Shown here one piece after another: positions 13,731 through 33,061 of a stretch of 64,000 nucleotides of DNA. The translations under genes were made by a program, and so were the position numbers. The DNA is from the human T2T-CHM13v2.0 reference genome, Homo sapiens. Location: the NCBI RefSeq assembly GCF_009914755.1, contig NC_060948.1; one strand, given 5' to 3'. The notes beneath the pieces were generated by a model. The model did not search any database and was not told where the DNA came from. It saw only the letters and a program-made list of their open reading frames with translations. The first letter of the stretch is position 1, and each line of letters starts with the position of its first letter.

Positions 13731-15834
13731 AGATCCATATTTTTTAAATGAAAAAAAATTTCAAAGGTACTCTGCTTGGTACAATAATCAAATGTATAAA
13801 CTGAGGAATAAAACATACCCATGAAACCTACTTATAACTGCATATGGAAAATACAGAGGATAATTTTTTAAATAACATATTTTGAAAGCCTTAACTAGTA
13901 ATTTGAAGAGTTGGCATTTGAAAGGCCAGTATGAATATACCTTCAATGCAGCAACACAGGTTCCCCATGAGAAAAAGCAAACACAGGGAAAATAAAAACA
14001 CAAAGGTTCAATCTCTTCTGACCTTTGAAAGACACAGCACAGACAGTGGTCCTTAGGACGAAGAGCAGGAGACCCCTAATTCCGTCACCATGGCGATAGT
14101 GCATAAACATTGCTGGGTGAGGGCACAATCCACATTGTGAGGTCCAACTGCTGCCAGGAAGACAGGAGTGCTTTTACATAGACCGAAAGGTCATTGAAGG
14201 CTCAGAGTTTTGTTTCAAGAACTGAATCCCAAGCCCACACGTTATTAGGCTGCGCTTCTTAAAACAAGTTATGAGATGGGAAAAAGGGCACCCACAAACA
14301 TACGTATACATTATGTATATAATAATATACAGTGTCATATATATAATATATATAACCTATGTATAATATTGTTTTACATCCTGCATCTTATGTTATATAT
14401 ATTGTATAAAATATAATAATTGATAATATATAACTTTTATAATTATACAATATGACATATAGTATATATTATAATTTATGACATATATAATATATGTTAT
14501 ATATCATATACAGAATATATTATACGGTTAATATACGTATTAAATATAAATTATACATTATATATATTATATATAATATATCTGTTATATATAATACCCA
14601 TTATGCATAATATATATATTATGTCTATATTATATATAGTATAAAACAACATATAATAATATATAATTGTATATATAAATGCGACATATAATATTTATTA
14701 TATTTTATAACATATGTAATATATATTATATATTATATATAATACGTTGTATGTATAATACCTATATTAAATATATATTATATGACTATGTTATTAATTA
14801 CATGTCACATGTGTTATATATTATATATTTTACATAGAATATACCGGTTACATACAATATATACCATGTTACCTATAATGTATAATTTATTACATGTAAA
14901 ATAAAGAATGCAATATATTATGTATAATTTATAATATACAATATGTGGAATGTGATATATATAACATATAATATATGATATATGATATACAGTATATGAT
15001 ATATAACATACAATATATGATTCCTAATATATATGGTATACAATATATATTTTATGATATGTATTCTATATGTTTTATATTCTGTTATATATAACTATTT
15101 GAAATTATATATAACTGTATAATATTTTATGTAAATATGTAATGTAATATATATAACTATATAATATATTATATATAACTATATATTATGTTATATATAC
15201 TTTTATAACATAATTTACATAAAATATCATAATATAATATATATTAAATTATTTCATATTACATAATATATATTACATATCACCCAATATAACTAACATA
15301 CATAATATTATAATATAGATTATATTATGTTATATTAAATATCATATATATCATGTATCATATATTCTATAATATATATTACACATTATATAATATGTAT
15401 GTTGTCTATTATGTGATATATATAACTCTATATATAATTATATTTTTATACATATAACTAGATAAACATGTAATTCTACATATTTTCATTTATAATATGT
15501 AGAATTATATAATCATATATAATTATTTATATTCTATAAAAAATTTTATCATTATATAAATTATAATATATAAAAATTATAATATGTACTACAAATATAT
15601 ATATTATATATCATATATGATATAGTACCTTTGTTATATATCATAATACATATAAATGTGTATTATGTTATCTATAATTATATAATTTCATATATAAGAT
15701 GTATAATATGTATCATATATTATATATGTTATGTAATATATATAGTGTATATAAGATGACACAGGATAAATATTATATACTATGACATATAAAATATATG
15801 AGGTTATATGTTACATATAAGGCATAGCACATAA

Positions 15835-16133
<299 letters not shown>

Positions 16134-18261
16134 AGATCCATATTTTTTAAATGAAAAAAAATTTCAAAGGTACTCTGCTTGGTACAATAATCAAATGTAT
16201 AAACTGAGGAATAAAACATAACCATGAAACCTACTTATAACTGCATATGGAAAATACAGAGGATAATTTTTTAAATAACATATTTTGAAAGCCTTAACTA
16301 GTAATTTGAAGAGTTGGCATTTGAAAGGCCAGTATGAATATACCTTCAAAGCAGCAACACAGGTTCCCCATGAGAAAAAGCAAACACAGGGAAAATAAAA
16401 ACACAAAGGTTCAATCTCTTCTGACCTTTGAAAGACACAGCACAGACAGTGGTCCTTAGGACGAAGAGCAGGAGACCCCTAATTCCGTCACCATGGCGAT
16501 AGGGCATAAACATTGCTGGGTGAGGGCACAATCCACATTGTGAGGTCCAACTGCTGCCAGGAAGACAGGAGTGCTTTTACATAGACCGAAAGGTCATTGA
16601 AGGCTCAGAGTTTTGTTTCAAGAACTGAATCCCAAGCCCACACGTTATTAGGCTGCGCTTCTTAAAACAAGTTATGAGATGGGAAAAAGGGCACCCACAA
16701 ACATACGTATACATTATGTATATAATAATATACAGTGTCATATATATAATATATATAACCTATGTATAATATTGTTTTACATCCTGCATCTTATGTTATA
16801 TATATTGTATAAAATATAATAATTGATAATATATAACTTTTATAATTATACAATATGACATATAGTATATATTATAATTTATGACATATATAATATATGT
16901 TATATATCATATACAGAATATATTATACGGTTAATATACGTATTAAATATAAATTATACATTATATATATTATATATAATATATCTGTTATATATAATAC
17001 CCATTATGCATAATATATATATTATGTCTATGTTATATATAGTATAAAACAACATATAATAATATATAATTGTATATATAAAATGCGACATATAATATAT
17101 ATTATATTTTATAACATATGTAATATATATTATATATTATATATAATACGTTGTATGTATAATACCTATATTAAATATATATTATATGACTATGTTATTA
17201 ATTACATGTCACATGTGTTATATATTATATATTTTACATAGAATATACCGGTTACATACAATATATACCATGTTACCTATAATGTATAATTTATTACATG
17301 TAAAATAAAGAATGCAATATATTATGTATAATTTATAATATACAATATGTGGAATGTGATATATATAACATATAATATATGATATATGATATACAGTATA
17401 TGATATATAACATACAATATATGATTCCTAATATATATGGTATACAATATATATTTTATGACATGTATTCTATATGTTTTATATTCTGTTATATATAACT
17501 ATTTGAAATTATATTTAACTGTATAATATTTTATGTAAATATGTAATATAATATATATAACTATATAATATATTATATATAACTATATATTATGTTATAT
17601 ATACTTTTATAACATAATTTACATAAAATATCATCATATAATATATATTATATTATTTCATATTACATAATATATATTACATATCACCCAATATAACTAA
17701 CATACATAATATTATAATATAGATTATATTATGTTATATTAAATATCATATATATCATGTATCATATATTCTATAATATATATTACACATTATATAATAT
17801 GTATGTTGTCTATTATGTGATATATATAACTATATATATAATTATATTTTTATACATATAACTAGATAAACATGTAATTCTACATATTTTCATTTATAAT
17901 ATGTAGAAGTATATAATCATATATAATTATTTATATTCTATAAAAAATTTTATCATTATATAAATTATACTATATAAAAATTATAATATGTACTACAAAT
18001 ATATATATTATATATCATATATGATATAGTACCTTTGTTATATATCATAATACATATAAATGTGTATTATGTTATCTATAATTATATAATTTCATATATA
18101 AGATGTATAATATGTATCATATATTATATATGTTATGTAAAATATATAGTATATATAAGATGACACAGGATAAATATTATATACTATGACATATAAAATA
18201 TATGAGCTTATATTTTACATATAAGGCATAGCACATAACATGTAATATATATCATATATAA

Positions 18262-18552
18262 TTTTTTTTAGACAGAATCTTGTCCTGTTGCACAGGGTGG
18301 GGTACAATGGCGCCATCTTTGCTCACTGCAACTTCTGCCTCACGGGTCCAAGCGATGGTCCTCCCTCAGCCTCCCAGGTAGCTGGGACTACACAACACTG
18401 GGACTACACCAGCTGCCACCATGCCTAGCTAATTTTTTGGATTTTTAGTAGTGACAGCGTTTCACTGTATTGGCCAGGATGGTCTTGATCTCTTCAACTT
18501 GTGATCCCCTTGCCTTGGCCTCCAAATTTGCTGGGATTACAGGCCTGAGCCA
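18262..18552 (-). mobile_element. Alu copy, unit 8
   Basis: Near-identical to unit 1 Alu; T8 tail. Confidence 0.93.
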
Positions 18553-20655
18553 AGATCCATATTTTTTAAATGAAAAAAAATTTCAAAGGTACTCTGCTTG
18601 GTACAATAATCAAATGTATAAACTGAGGAATAAAACATAACCATGAAACCTACTTATAACTGCATATGGAAAATACAGAGGATAATTTTTTAAATAACAT
18701 ATTTTGAAAGCCTTAACTAGTAATTTGAAGAGTTGGCATTTGAAAGGCCAGTATGAATATACCTTCAATGCAGCAACACAGGTTCCCCATGAGAAAAAGC
18801 AAACACAGGGAAAATAAAAACACAAAGGTTCAATCTCTTCTGACCTTTGAAAGACACAGCACAGACAGTGGTACTTAGGACGAAGAGCAGGAGACCCCTA
18901 ATTCCGTCACCATGGCGATAGTGCATAAACATTGCTGGGTGAGGGCACAATCCACATTGTGAGGTCCAACTGCTGCCAGGAAGACAGGAGTGCTTTCACA
19001 TAGACCGAAAGGTCATTGAAGGCTCAGAGTTTTGTTTCAAGAACTGAATCCCAAGCCCACACGTTATTAGGCTGCGCTTCTTAAAACAAGTTATGAGATG
19101 GGAAAAAGGGCACCCACAAACATACGTATACATTATGTATATAATAATATACAGTGTCATATATATAATATATATAACCTATGTATAATATTGTTTTACA
19201 TCCTGCATCTTATGTTATATATATTGTATAAAATATAATAATTGATAATATATAAGTTTTATAATTATACAATATGACATATAGTATATATTATAATTTA
19301 TGACATATATAATATATGTTATATATCATATACAGAATATATTATACGGTTAATATACGTATTAAATATAAATTATACATTATATATATTATATATAATA
19401 TATCTGTTATATATAATACCCGTTATGCATAATATATATATTATGTCTATGTTATATATAGTATAAAACAACATATAATAATATATAATTGTATATATAA
19501 AATGCGACATATAATATATATTATATTTTATAACATATGTAATATATATTATATATTATATATAATACGTTGTATGTATAATACCTATATTAAATATATA
19601 TTATATGACTATGTTATTAATTACATGTCACATGTGTTATATATTATATATTTTACATAGAATATACCGGTTACATACAATATATACCATGTTACCTATA
19701 ATGTATAATTTATTACATGTAAAATAAAGAATGCAATATATTATGTATAATTTATAATATACAATATGTGGAATGTGATATATATAACATATAATATATG
19801 ATATATGATATACAGTATATGATATATAACATACAATATATGATTCCTAATATATATGGTATACAATATATATTTTATGATATGTATTCTGTATGTTTTA
19901 TATTCTGTTATATATAACTATTTGAAATTATATATAACTGTATAATATTTTATGTAAATATGTAATATAATATATATAACTATATAATATATTATATATA
20001 ACTATATATTATGTTATATATACTTTTATAACATAATTTACATAAAATATCATAATATAATATATATTATATTATTTCATATTACATAATATATATTACA
20101 TATCACCCAATATAACTAACATACATAATATTATAATATAGATTATATTGTGTTATATTAAATATCATATATATCATGTATCATATATTCTATAATATAT
20201 ATTACACATTATATAATATGTATGTTGTCTATTATGTGATATATATAACTATATATAATTATATTTTTATACATATAACTAGATAAACATGTAATTCTAC
20301 ATATTTTCATTTATAATATGTAGAAGTATATAATCATATATAAATATTTATATTCTATAAAAAATTTTATCATTATATAAATTATAATATATAAAAATTA
20401 TAATATGTACTACAAATATATATATTATCTATCATATAAGATATAGTACCTTTGTTATATATCATAATACATATAAATGTGTATTATGTTATCTATAATT
20501 ATATAATTTCATATATAAGATGTATAATATGTATCATATATTATATATGTTATGTAATATATATAGTATATATAAGATGACACAGGATAAATATTACATT
20601 CTATGACATATAAAATATATGAGGTTATATGTTACATATAAGGCATAGCACATAG

Positions 20656-20970
<315 letters not shown>

Positions 20971-23072
20971 AGATCCATATTTTTTAAATGAAAAAAAATT
21001 TCAAAGGTACTCTGCTTGGTACAATAATCAAATGTATAAACTGAGGAATAAAACATAACCATGAAACCTACTTATAACTGCATATGGAAAATACAGAGGA
21101 TAATTTTTTAAATAACATAGTTTGAAAGCCTTAACTAGTAATTTGAAGAGTTGGCATTTGAAAGGCCAGTATGAATATACCTTCAAAGCAGCAACACAGG
21201 TTCCCCATGAGAAAAAGCAAACACAGGGAAAATAAAAACACAAAGGTTCAATCTCTTCTGACCTTTGAAAGACACAGCACAGACAGTGGTCCTTAGGACG
21301 AAGAGCAGGAGACCCCTAATTCCGTCACCATGGCGATAGGGCATAAACATTGCTGGGTGAGGGCACAATCCACATTGTGAGGTCCAACTGCTGCCAGGAA
21401 GACAGGAGTGCTTTTACATAGACCGAAAGGTCATTGAAGGCTCAGAGTTTTGTTTCAAGAACTGAATCCCAAGCCCACAGGTTATTAGGCTGCGTTTCTT
21501 AAAACAAGTTATGAGATGGGAAAAAGGGCACCCACAAACATACGTATACATTATGTATATAATAATATACAGTGTCATATATATAATATATATAACCTAT
21601 GTATAATATTGTTTTACATCCTGCATCTTATGTTATATATATTGTATAAAATATAATAATTGATAATATATAACTTTTATAATTATACAATATGACATAT
21701 AGTATATATTATAATTTATGACATATATAATATATGTTATATATCATATACAGAATATACTATACGGTTAATATACGTATTAAATATAAATTATACATTA
21801 TATATATTATATATAATATATCTGTTATATATAATACCCATTATGCATAATATATATATTATGTCTATGTTATATATAGTATAAAACAACATATAATAAT
21901 ATATAATTGTATATATAAATGCGACATATAATATATATTATATTTTATGACATATGTAATATATATTATATATTATATATAATACGTTGTATGTATAATA
22001 CCTATATTAAATATATATTATATGACTATGTTATTAATTACATGTCACATGTGTTATATATTATATATTTTACATAGAATATACCGGTTACATACAATAT
22101 ATACCATGTTACCTATAATGTATAATTTATTACATGTAAAATAAAGAATGCAATATATTATGTATAATTTATAATATACAATATGTGGAATGTGATATAT
22201 ATAACATATAATATATGATATATGATATACAGTATATGATATATAACATACAATATATGATTCCTAATATATATGGTATACAATATATATTTTATGATAT
22301 GTATTCTGTATGTTTTATATTCTGTTATATATAACTATTTGAAATTATATATAACTGTATAATATTTTATGTAAATATGTAATATAATATATATAACTAT
22401 ATAATATATTATATATAACTATATATTATGTTATATATACTTTTATAACATAATTTACATAAAATATCATAATATAATATATATTATATTATTTCATATT
22501 ACATAATATATATTACATATCACCCAATATAACTAACATACATAATATTATAATATAGATTATATTATGTTATATTAAATATCATATATATCATGTATCA
22601 TATATTCTATAATATATATTACACATTATATAATATGTATGTTGTCTATTATGTGATATATATAACTATATATAATTATATTTTTATACATATAACTAGA
22701 TAAACATGTAATTCTACATATTTTCATTTATAATATGTAGAAGTATATAATCATATATAATTATTTATATTCTATAAAAAATTTTATCATTATATAAATT
22801 ATAATATATAAAAATTATAATATGTACTACAAATATATATATTATCTATCATATATGATATAGTACCTTTGTTATATATCATAATACATATAAATGTGTA
22901 TTATGTTATCTATAATTATATAATTTCATATATAAGATGTATAATATGTATCATATATTATATATGTTATGTAATATATATAGTATATATAAGATGACAC
23001 AGGATAAATATTACATTCTATGACATATAAAATATATGAGGTTATATGTTACATATAAGGCATAGCACATAA

Positions 23073-23387
<315 letters not shown>

Positions 23388-25491
23388 AGATCCATATTTT
23401 TTAAATGAAAAAAAATTTCAAAGGTACTCTGCTTGGTACAATAATCAAATGTATAAACTGAGGAATAAAACATAACCATGAAACCTACTTATAACTGCAT
23501 ATGGAAAATACAGAGGATAATTTTTTAAATAACATAGTTTGAAAGCCTTAACTAGTAATTTGAAGAGTTGGCATTTGAAAGGCCAGTATGAATATACCTT
23601 CAAAGCAGCAACACAGGTTCCCCATGAGAAAAAGCAAACACAGGGAAAATAAAAACACAAAGGTTCAATCTCTTCTGACCTTTGAAAGACACAGCACAGA
23701 CAGTGGTCCTTAGGACGAAGAGCAGGAGACCCCTAATTCCGTCACCATGGCGATAGGGCATAAACATTGCTGGGTGAGGGCACAATCCACATTGTGAGGT
23801 CCAACTGCTGCCAGGAAGACAGGAGTGCTTTTACATAGACCGAAAGGTCATTGAAGGCTCAGAGTTTTGTTTCAAGAACTGAATCCCAAGCCCACACGTT
23901 ATTAGGCTGCGTTTCTTAAAACAAGTTATGAGATGGGAAAAAGGGCACCCACAAACATACGTATACATTATGTATATAATAATATACAGTGTCATATATA
24001 TAATATATATAACCTATGTATAATATTGTTTTACATCCTGCATCTTATGTTATATATATTGTATAAAATATAATAATTGATAATATATAACTTTTATAAT
24101 TATACAATATGACATATAGTATATATTATAATTTATGACATATATAATATATGTTATATATCATATACAGAATATACTATACGGTTAATATACGTATTAA
24201 ATATAAATTATACATTATATATATTATATATAATATATCTGTTATATATAATACCCGTTATGCATAATATATATATTATGTCTATGTTATATATAGTATA
24301 AAACAACATATAATAATATATAATTGTATATATAAATGCGACATATAATATATATTATATTTTATGACATATGTAATATATATTATATATTATATATAAT
24401 ACGTTGTATGTATAATACCTATATTAAATATATATTATATGACTATGTTATTAATTACATGTCACATGTGTTATATATTATATATTTTACATAGAATATA
24501 CCGGTTACATACAATATATACCATGTTACCTATAATGTATAATTTATTACATGTAAAATAAAGAATGCAATATATTATGTATAATTTATAATATACAATA
24601 TGTGGAATGTGATATGTATAACATATAATATATGATATATGATATACAGTATATGATATATAACATACAATATATGATTCCTAATATATATGGTATACAA
24701 TATATATTTTATGATATGTATTCTATATGTTTTATATTCTGTTATATATAACTATATGAAATTATATATAACTGTATAATATTTTATGTAAATATATAAT
24801 ATAATATATATAACTATATAATATATTATATATAACTATATATTATGTTATATATACTTTTATAACATAATTTACATAAAATATCATAATATAATATATA
24901 TTATATTATTTCATATTACATAATATATATTACATATCACCCAATATAACTAACATACATAATATTATAATATAGATTATATTATGTTATATTAAATATC
25001 ATATATATCATGTATCATATATTCTATAATATATATTACACATTATATAATATGTATGTTGTCTATTATGTGATATATATAACTATATATATAATTATAT
25101 TTTTATACATATAACTAGATAAACATGTAATTCTACATATTTTCATTTATAATATGTAGAAGTATATAATCATATATAATTATTTATATTCTATAAAAAA
25201 TTTTATCTTTATACAAATTATAATATATAAAAATTATAATATGTACTACAAATATATATATTATCTATCATATATGATATAGTACCTTTGTTATATATCA
25301 TAATACATATAAATGTGTATTATGTTATCTATAATTATATAATTTCATATATAAGATGTATAATATGTATCATATATTATATATGTTATGTAATATATAT
25401 AGTATATATAAGATGACACAGGATAAATATTATATACTATGACATATAAAATATATGAGGTTATATGTTACATATAAGGCATAGCACATAA

Positions 25492-25806
<315 letters not shown>

Positions 25807-27910
25807 AGATCCATATTTTTTAAATGAAAAAAAATTTCAAAGGTACTCTGCTTGGTACAATAATCAAATGTATAAACTGAGGAATAAAACATAACCATGA
25901 AACCTACTTATAACTGCATATGGAAAATACAGAGGATAATTTTTTAAATAACATATTTTGAAAGCCTTAACTAGTAATTTGAAGAGTTGGCATTTGAAAG
26001 GCCAGTATGAATATACCTTCAAAGCAGCAACACAGGTTCCCCATGAGAAAAAGCAAACACAGGGAAAATAAAAACACAAAGGTTCAATCTCTTCTGACCT
26101 TTGAAAGACACAGCACAGACAGTGGTCCTTAGGACGAAGAGCAGGAGACCCCTAATTCCGTCACCATGGCGATAGGGCATAAACATTGCTGGGTGAGGGC
26201 ACAATCCACATTGTGAGGTCCAACTGCTGCCAGGAAGACAGGAGTGCTTTTACATAGACCGAAAGGTCATTGAAGGCTCAGAGTTTTGTTTCAAGAACTG
26301 AATCCCAAGCCCACACGTTATTAGGCTGCGTTTCTTAAAACAAGTTATGAGATGGGAAAAAGGGCACCAACAAACATACGTATACATTATGTATATAATA
26401 ATATAGAGTGTCATATATATAATATATATAACCTATGTATAATATTGTTTTACATCCTGCATCTTATGTTATATATATTGTATAAAATATAATAATTGAT
26501 AATATATAACTTTTATAATTATACAATATGACATATAGTATATATTATAATTTATGACATATATAATATATGTTATATATCATATACAGAATATACTATA
26601 CGGTTAATATACGTATTAAATATAAATTATACATTATATATATTATATATAATATATCTGTTATATATAATACCCGTTATGCATAATATATATATTATGT
26701 CTATGTTATATATAGTATAAAACAACATATAATAATATATAATTGTATATATAAATGCGACATATAATATATATTATATTTTATGACATATGTAATATAT
26801 ATTATATATTATATATAATACGTTGTATGTATAATACCTATATTAAATATATATTATATGACTATGTTATTAATTACATGTCACATGTGTTATATATTAT
26901 ATATTTTACATAGAATATACCGGTTACATACAATATATACCATGTTACCTATAATGTATAATTTATTACAGGTAAAATAAAGAATGCAATATATTATGTA
27001 TAATTTATAATATACAATATGTGGAATGTGATATATATAACATATAATATATGATATATGATATACAGTATATGATATATAACATACAATATATGATTCC
27101 TAATATATATGGTATACAATATATATTTTATGATATGTATTCTATATGTTTTATATTCTGTTATATATAACTATATGAAATTATATATAACTGTATAATA
27201 TTTTATGTAAATATGTAATATAATATATATAACCATATAATATATTATATATAACTATATATTATGTTATATATACTTTTATAACATAATTTACATAAAA
27301 TATCATAATATAATATATATTATATTATTTCATATTACATAATATATATTACATATCACCCAATATAACTAACATACATAATATTATAATATAGATTATA
27401 TTATGTTATATTAAATATCATATATATCATGTATCATATATTCTATAATATATATTACACATTATATAATATGTATGTTGTCTATTATGTGATATATATA
27501 ACTATATATATAATTATATTTTTATACATATAACTAGATAAACATGTAATTCTACATATTTTCATTTATAATATGTAGAAGTATATAATCATATATAATT
27601 ATTTATATTCTATAAAAAATTTTATCATTATCTAAATTATAATATATAAAAATTATAATATGTACTACAAATATATATATTATATATCATATATGATATA
27701 GTACCTTTGTTATATATCATAATACATATAAATGTGTATTATGTTATCTATAATTATATAATTTCATATATAAGATGTATAATATGTATCATATATTATA
27801 TATGTTATGTAATATATATAGTATATATAAGATGACACAGGATAAATATTATATACTATGACATATAAAATATATGAGGTTATATGTTACATATAAGGCA
27901 TAGCACATAA

Positions 27911-28225
<315 letters not shown>

Positions 28226-30329
28226 AGATCCATATTTTTTAAATGAAAAAAAATTTCAAAGGTACTCTGCTTGGTACAATAATCAAATGTATAAACTGAG
28301 GAATAAAACATAACCATGAAACCTACTTATAACTGCATATGGAAAATACAGAGGATAATTTTTTAAATAACATATTTTGAAAGCCTTAACTAGTAATTTG
28401 AAGAGTTGGCATTTGAAAGGCCAGTATGAATATACCTTCAAAGCAGCAACACAGGTTCCCCATGAGAAAAAGCAAACACAGGGAAAATAAAAACACAAAG
28501 GTTCAATCTCTTCTGACCTTTGAAAGACACAGCACAGACAGTGGTCCTTAGGACGAAGAGCAGGAGACCCCTAATTCCGTCACCATGGCGATAGGGCATA
28601 AACATTGCTGGGTGAGGGCACAATCCACATTGTGAGGTCCAACTGCTGCCAGGAAGACAGGAGTGCTTTTACATAGACCGAAAGGTCATTGAAGGCTCAG
28701 AGTTTTGTTTCAAGAACTGAATCCCAAGCCCACACGTTATTAGGCTGCGTTTCTTAAAACAAGTTATGAGATGGGAAAAAGGGCACCAACAAACATACGT
28801 ATACATTATGTATATAATAATATACAGTGTCATATATATAATATATATAACCTATGTATAATATTGTTTTACATCCTGCATCTTATGTTATATATATTGT
28901 ATAAAATATAATAATTGATAATATATAACTTTTATAATTATACAATATGACATATAGTATATATTATAATTTATGACATATATAATATATGTTATATATC
29001 ATATACAGAATATACTATACGGTTAATATACGTATTAAATATAAATTATACATTATATATATTATATATAATATATCTGTTATATATAATACCCGTTATG
29101 CATAATATATATATTATGTCTATGTTATATATAGTATAAAACAACATATAATAATATATAATTGTATATATAAATGCGACATATAATATATATTATATTT
29201 TATGACATATGTAATATATATTATATATTATATATAATACGTTGTATGTATAATACCTATATTAAATATATATTATATGACTATGTTATTAATTACATGT
29301 CACATGTGTTATATATTATATATTTTACATAGAATATACCGGTTACATACAATATATACCATGTTACCTATAATGTATAATTTATTACATGTAAAATAAA
29401 GAATGCAATATATTATGTATAATTTATAATATACAATATGTGGAATGTGATATATATAACATATAATATATGATATATGATATACAGTATATGATATATA
29501 ACATACAATATATGATTCCTAATATATATGGTATACAATATATATTTTATGATATGTATTCTATATGTTTTATATTCTGTTATATATAACTATATGAAAT
29601 TATATATAACTGTATAATATTTTATGTAAATATGTAATATAATATATATAACTATATAATATATTATATATAACTATATATTATGTTATATATACTTTTA
29701 TAACATAATTTACATAAAATATCATAATATAATATATATTATATTATTTCATATTACATAATATATATTACATATCACCCAATATAACTAACATACATAA
29801 TATTATAATATAGATTATATTATGTTATATTAAATATCATATATATCATGTATCATATATTCTATAATATATATTACACATTATATAATATGTATGTTGT
29901 CTATTATGTGATATATATAACTATATATATAATTATATTTTTATACATATAACTAGATAAACATGTAATTCTACATATTTTCATTTATAATATGTAGAAG
30001 TTTATAATCATATATAATTATTTATATTCTATAAAAAATTTTATCATTATCTAAATTATAATATATAAAAATTATAATATGTACTACAAATATATATATT
30101 ATATATCATATATGATATAGTACCTTTGTTATATATCATAATACATATAAATGTGTATTATGTTATCTATAATTATATAATTTCATATATAAGATGTATA
30201 ATATGTATCATATATTATATATGTTATGTAATATATATAGTATATATAAGATGACACAGGATAAATATTACATTCTATGACATATAAAATATATGAGGTT
30301 ATATGTTACATATAAGTCATAGCACATAA

Positions 30330-30644
<315 letters not shown>

Positions 30645-32746
30645 AGATCCATATTTTTTAAATGAAAAAAAATTTCAAAGGTACTCTGCTTGGTACAATA
30701 ATCAAATGTATAAACTGAGGAATAAAACATAACCATGAAACCTACTTATAACTGCATATGGAAAATACAGAGGATAATTTTTTAAATAACATATTTTGAA
30801 AGCCTTAACTAGTAATTTGAAGAGTTGGCATTTGAAAGGCCAGTATGAATATACCTTCAATGCAGCAACACAGGTTCCCCATGAGAAAAAGCAAACACAG
30901 GGAAAATAAAAACACAAAGGTTCAATCTCTTCTGACCTTTGAAAGACACAGCACAGACAGTGGTCCTTAGGACGAAGAGCAGGAGACCCCTAATTCCGTC
31001 ACCATGGCGATAGTGCATAAACATTGCTGGGTGAGGGCACAATCCACATTGTGAGGTCCAACTGCTGCCAGGAAGACAGGAGTGCTTTTACATAGACCGA
31101 AAGGTCATTGAAGGCTCAGAGTTTTGTTTCAAGAACTGAATCCCAAGCCCACACGTTATTAGGCTGCGCTTCTTAAAACAAGTTATGAGATGGGAAAAAG
31201 GGCACCCACAAACATACGTATACATTATGTATATAATAATATACAGTGTCATATATATAATATATATAACCTATGTATAATATTGTTTTACATCCTGCAT
31301 CTTATGTTATATATATTGTATAAAATATAATAATTGATAATATATAAGTTTTATAATTATACAATATGACATAATATATATTATAATTTATGACATATAT
31401 AATATATGTTATGTATCATATACAGAATATATTATACGGTTAATATACGTATTAAATATAAATTATACATTATATATATTATATATAATATATCTGTTAT
31501 ATATAATACCCGTTATGCATAATATATATATTATGTCTATGTTATATATAGTATAAAACAACATATAATAATATATAATTGTATATATAAAATGCGACAT
31601 ATAATATATATTATATTTTATGACATATGTAATATATATTATATATTATCTATAATACGTTGTATGTATAATACCTATATTAAATATATATTATATGACT
31701 ATGTTATTAATTACATGTCACATGTGTTATATATTATATAATTTACATAGAATATACCGGTTACATACAATATATACTATGTTACCTATAATGTATAATT
31801 TATTACATGTAAAATAAAGAATGCAATATATTATGTATAATTTATAATATACAATATGTGGAATGTGATATATATAACATATAATATATGATATATGATG
31901 TACAGTATATGATATATAACATACAATATATGATTCCTAATATATATGGTATACAATATATATTTTATGATATGTATTCTATATGTTTTATATTCTGTTA
32001 TATATAACTATTTGAAATTATATATAACTGTATAATATTTTATGTAAATATGTAATATAATATATATAACTATATAATATATTATATATAACTATATATT
32101 ATGTTATATATACTTTTATAACATAATTTACATAAAATATCATAATATAATATATATTATATTATTTCATATTACATAATATATATTACATATCACCCAA
32201 TATAACTAACATACATAATATTATAATATAGATTATATTATGTTATATTAAATATCATATATATCATGTATCATATATTCTATAATATATATTACACATT
32301 ATATAATATGTATGTTGTCTATTATGTGATATACATAACTATATATATAATTATATTTTTATACATATAACTAGATAAACATGTAATTCTACATATTTTC
32401 ATTTATAATATGTAGAATTATATAATCATATATAATTATTTATATTCTATAAAAATTTTATCATTATATAAATTATAATATATAAAAATTATAATATGTA
32501 CTACAAATATATATATTATATATCATATATGATATAGTACCCTTGTTATATATCATAATACATATAAATGTTTATTATATTATGTATAATTATATAATTT
32601 CATATATAAGATATATAATATGTTTCATATATTATATAAGTTATGTAATATATATAGTATATATAAGATGACACAGGATAAATATTATATACTATGACAT
32701 ATAAAATATATGAGGTTATATGTTACATATAAGGCATAGCACATAA

Positions 32747-33061
<315 letters not shown>
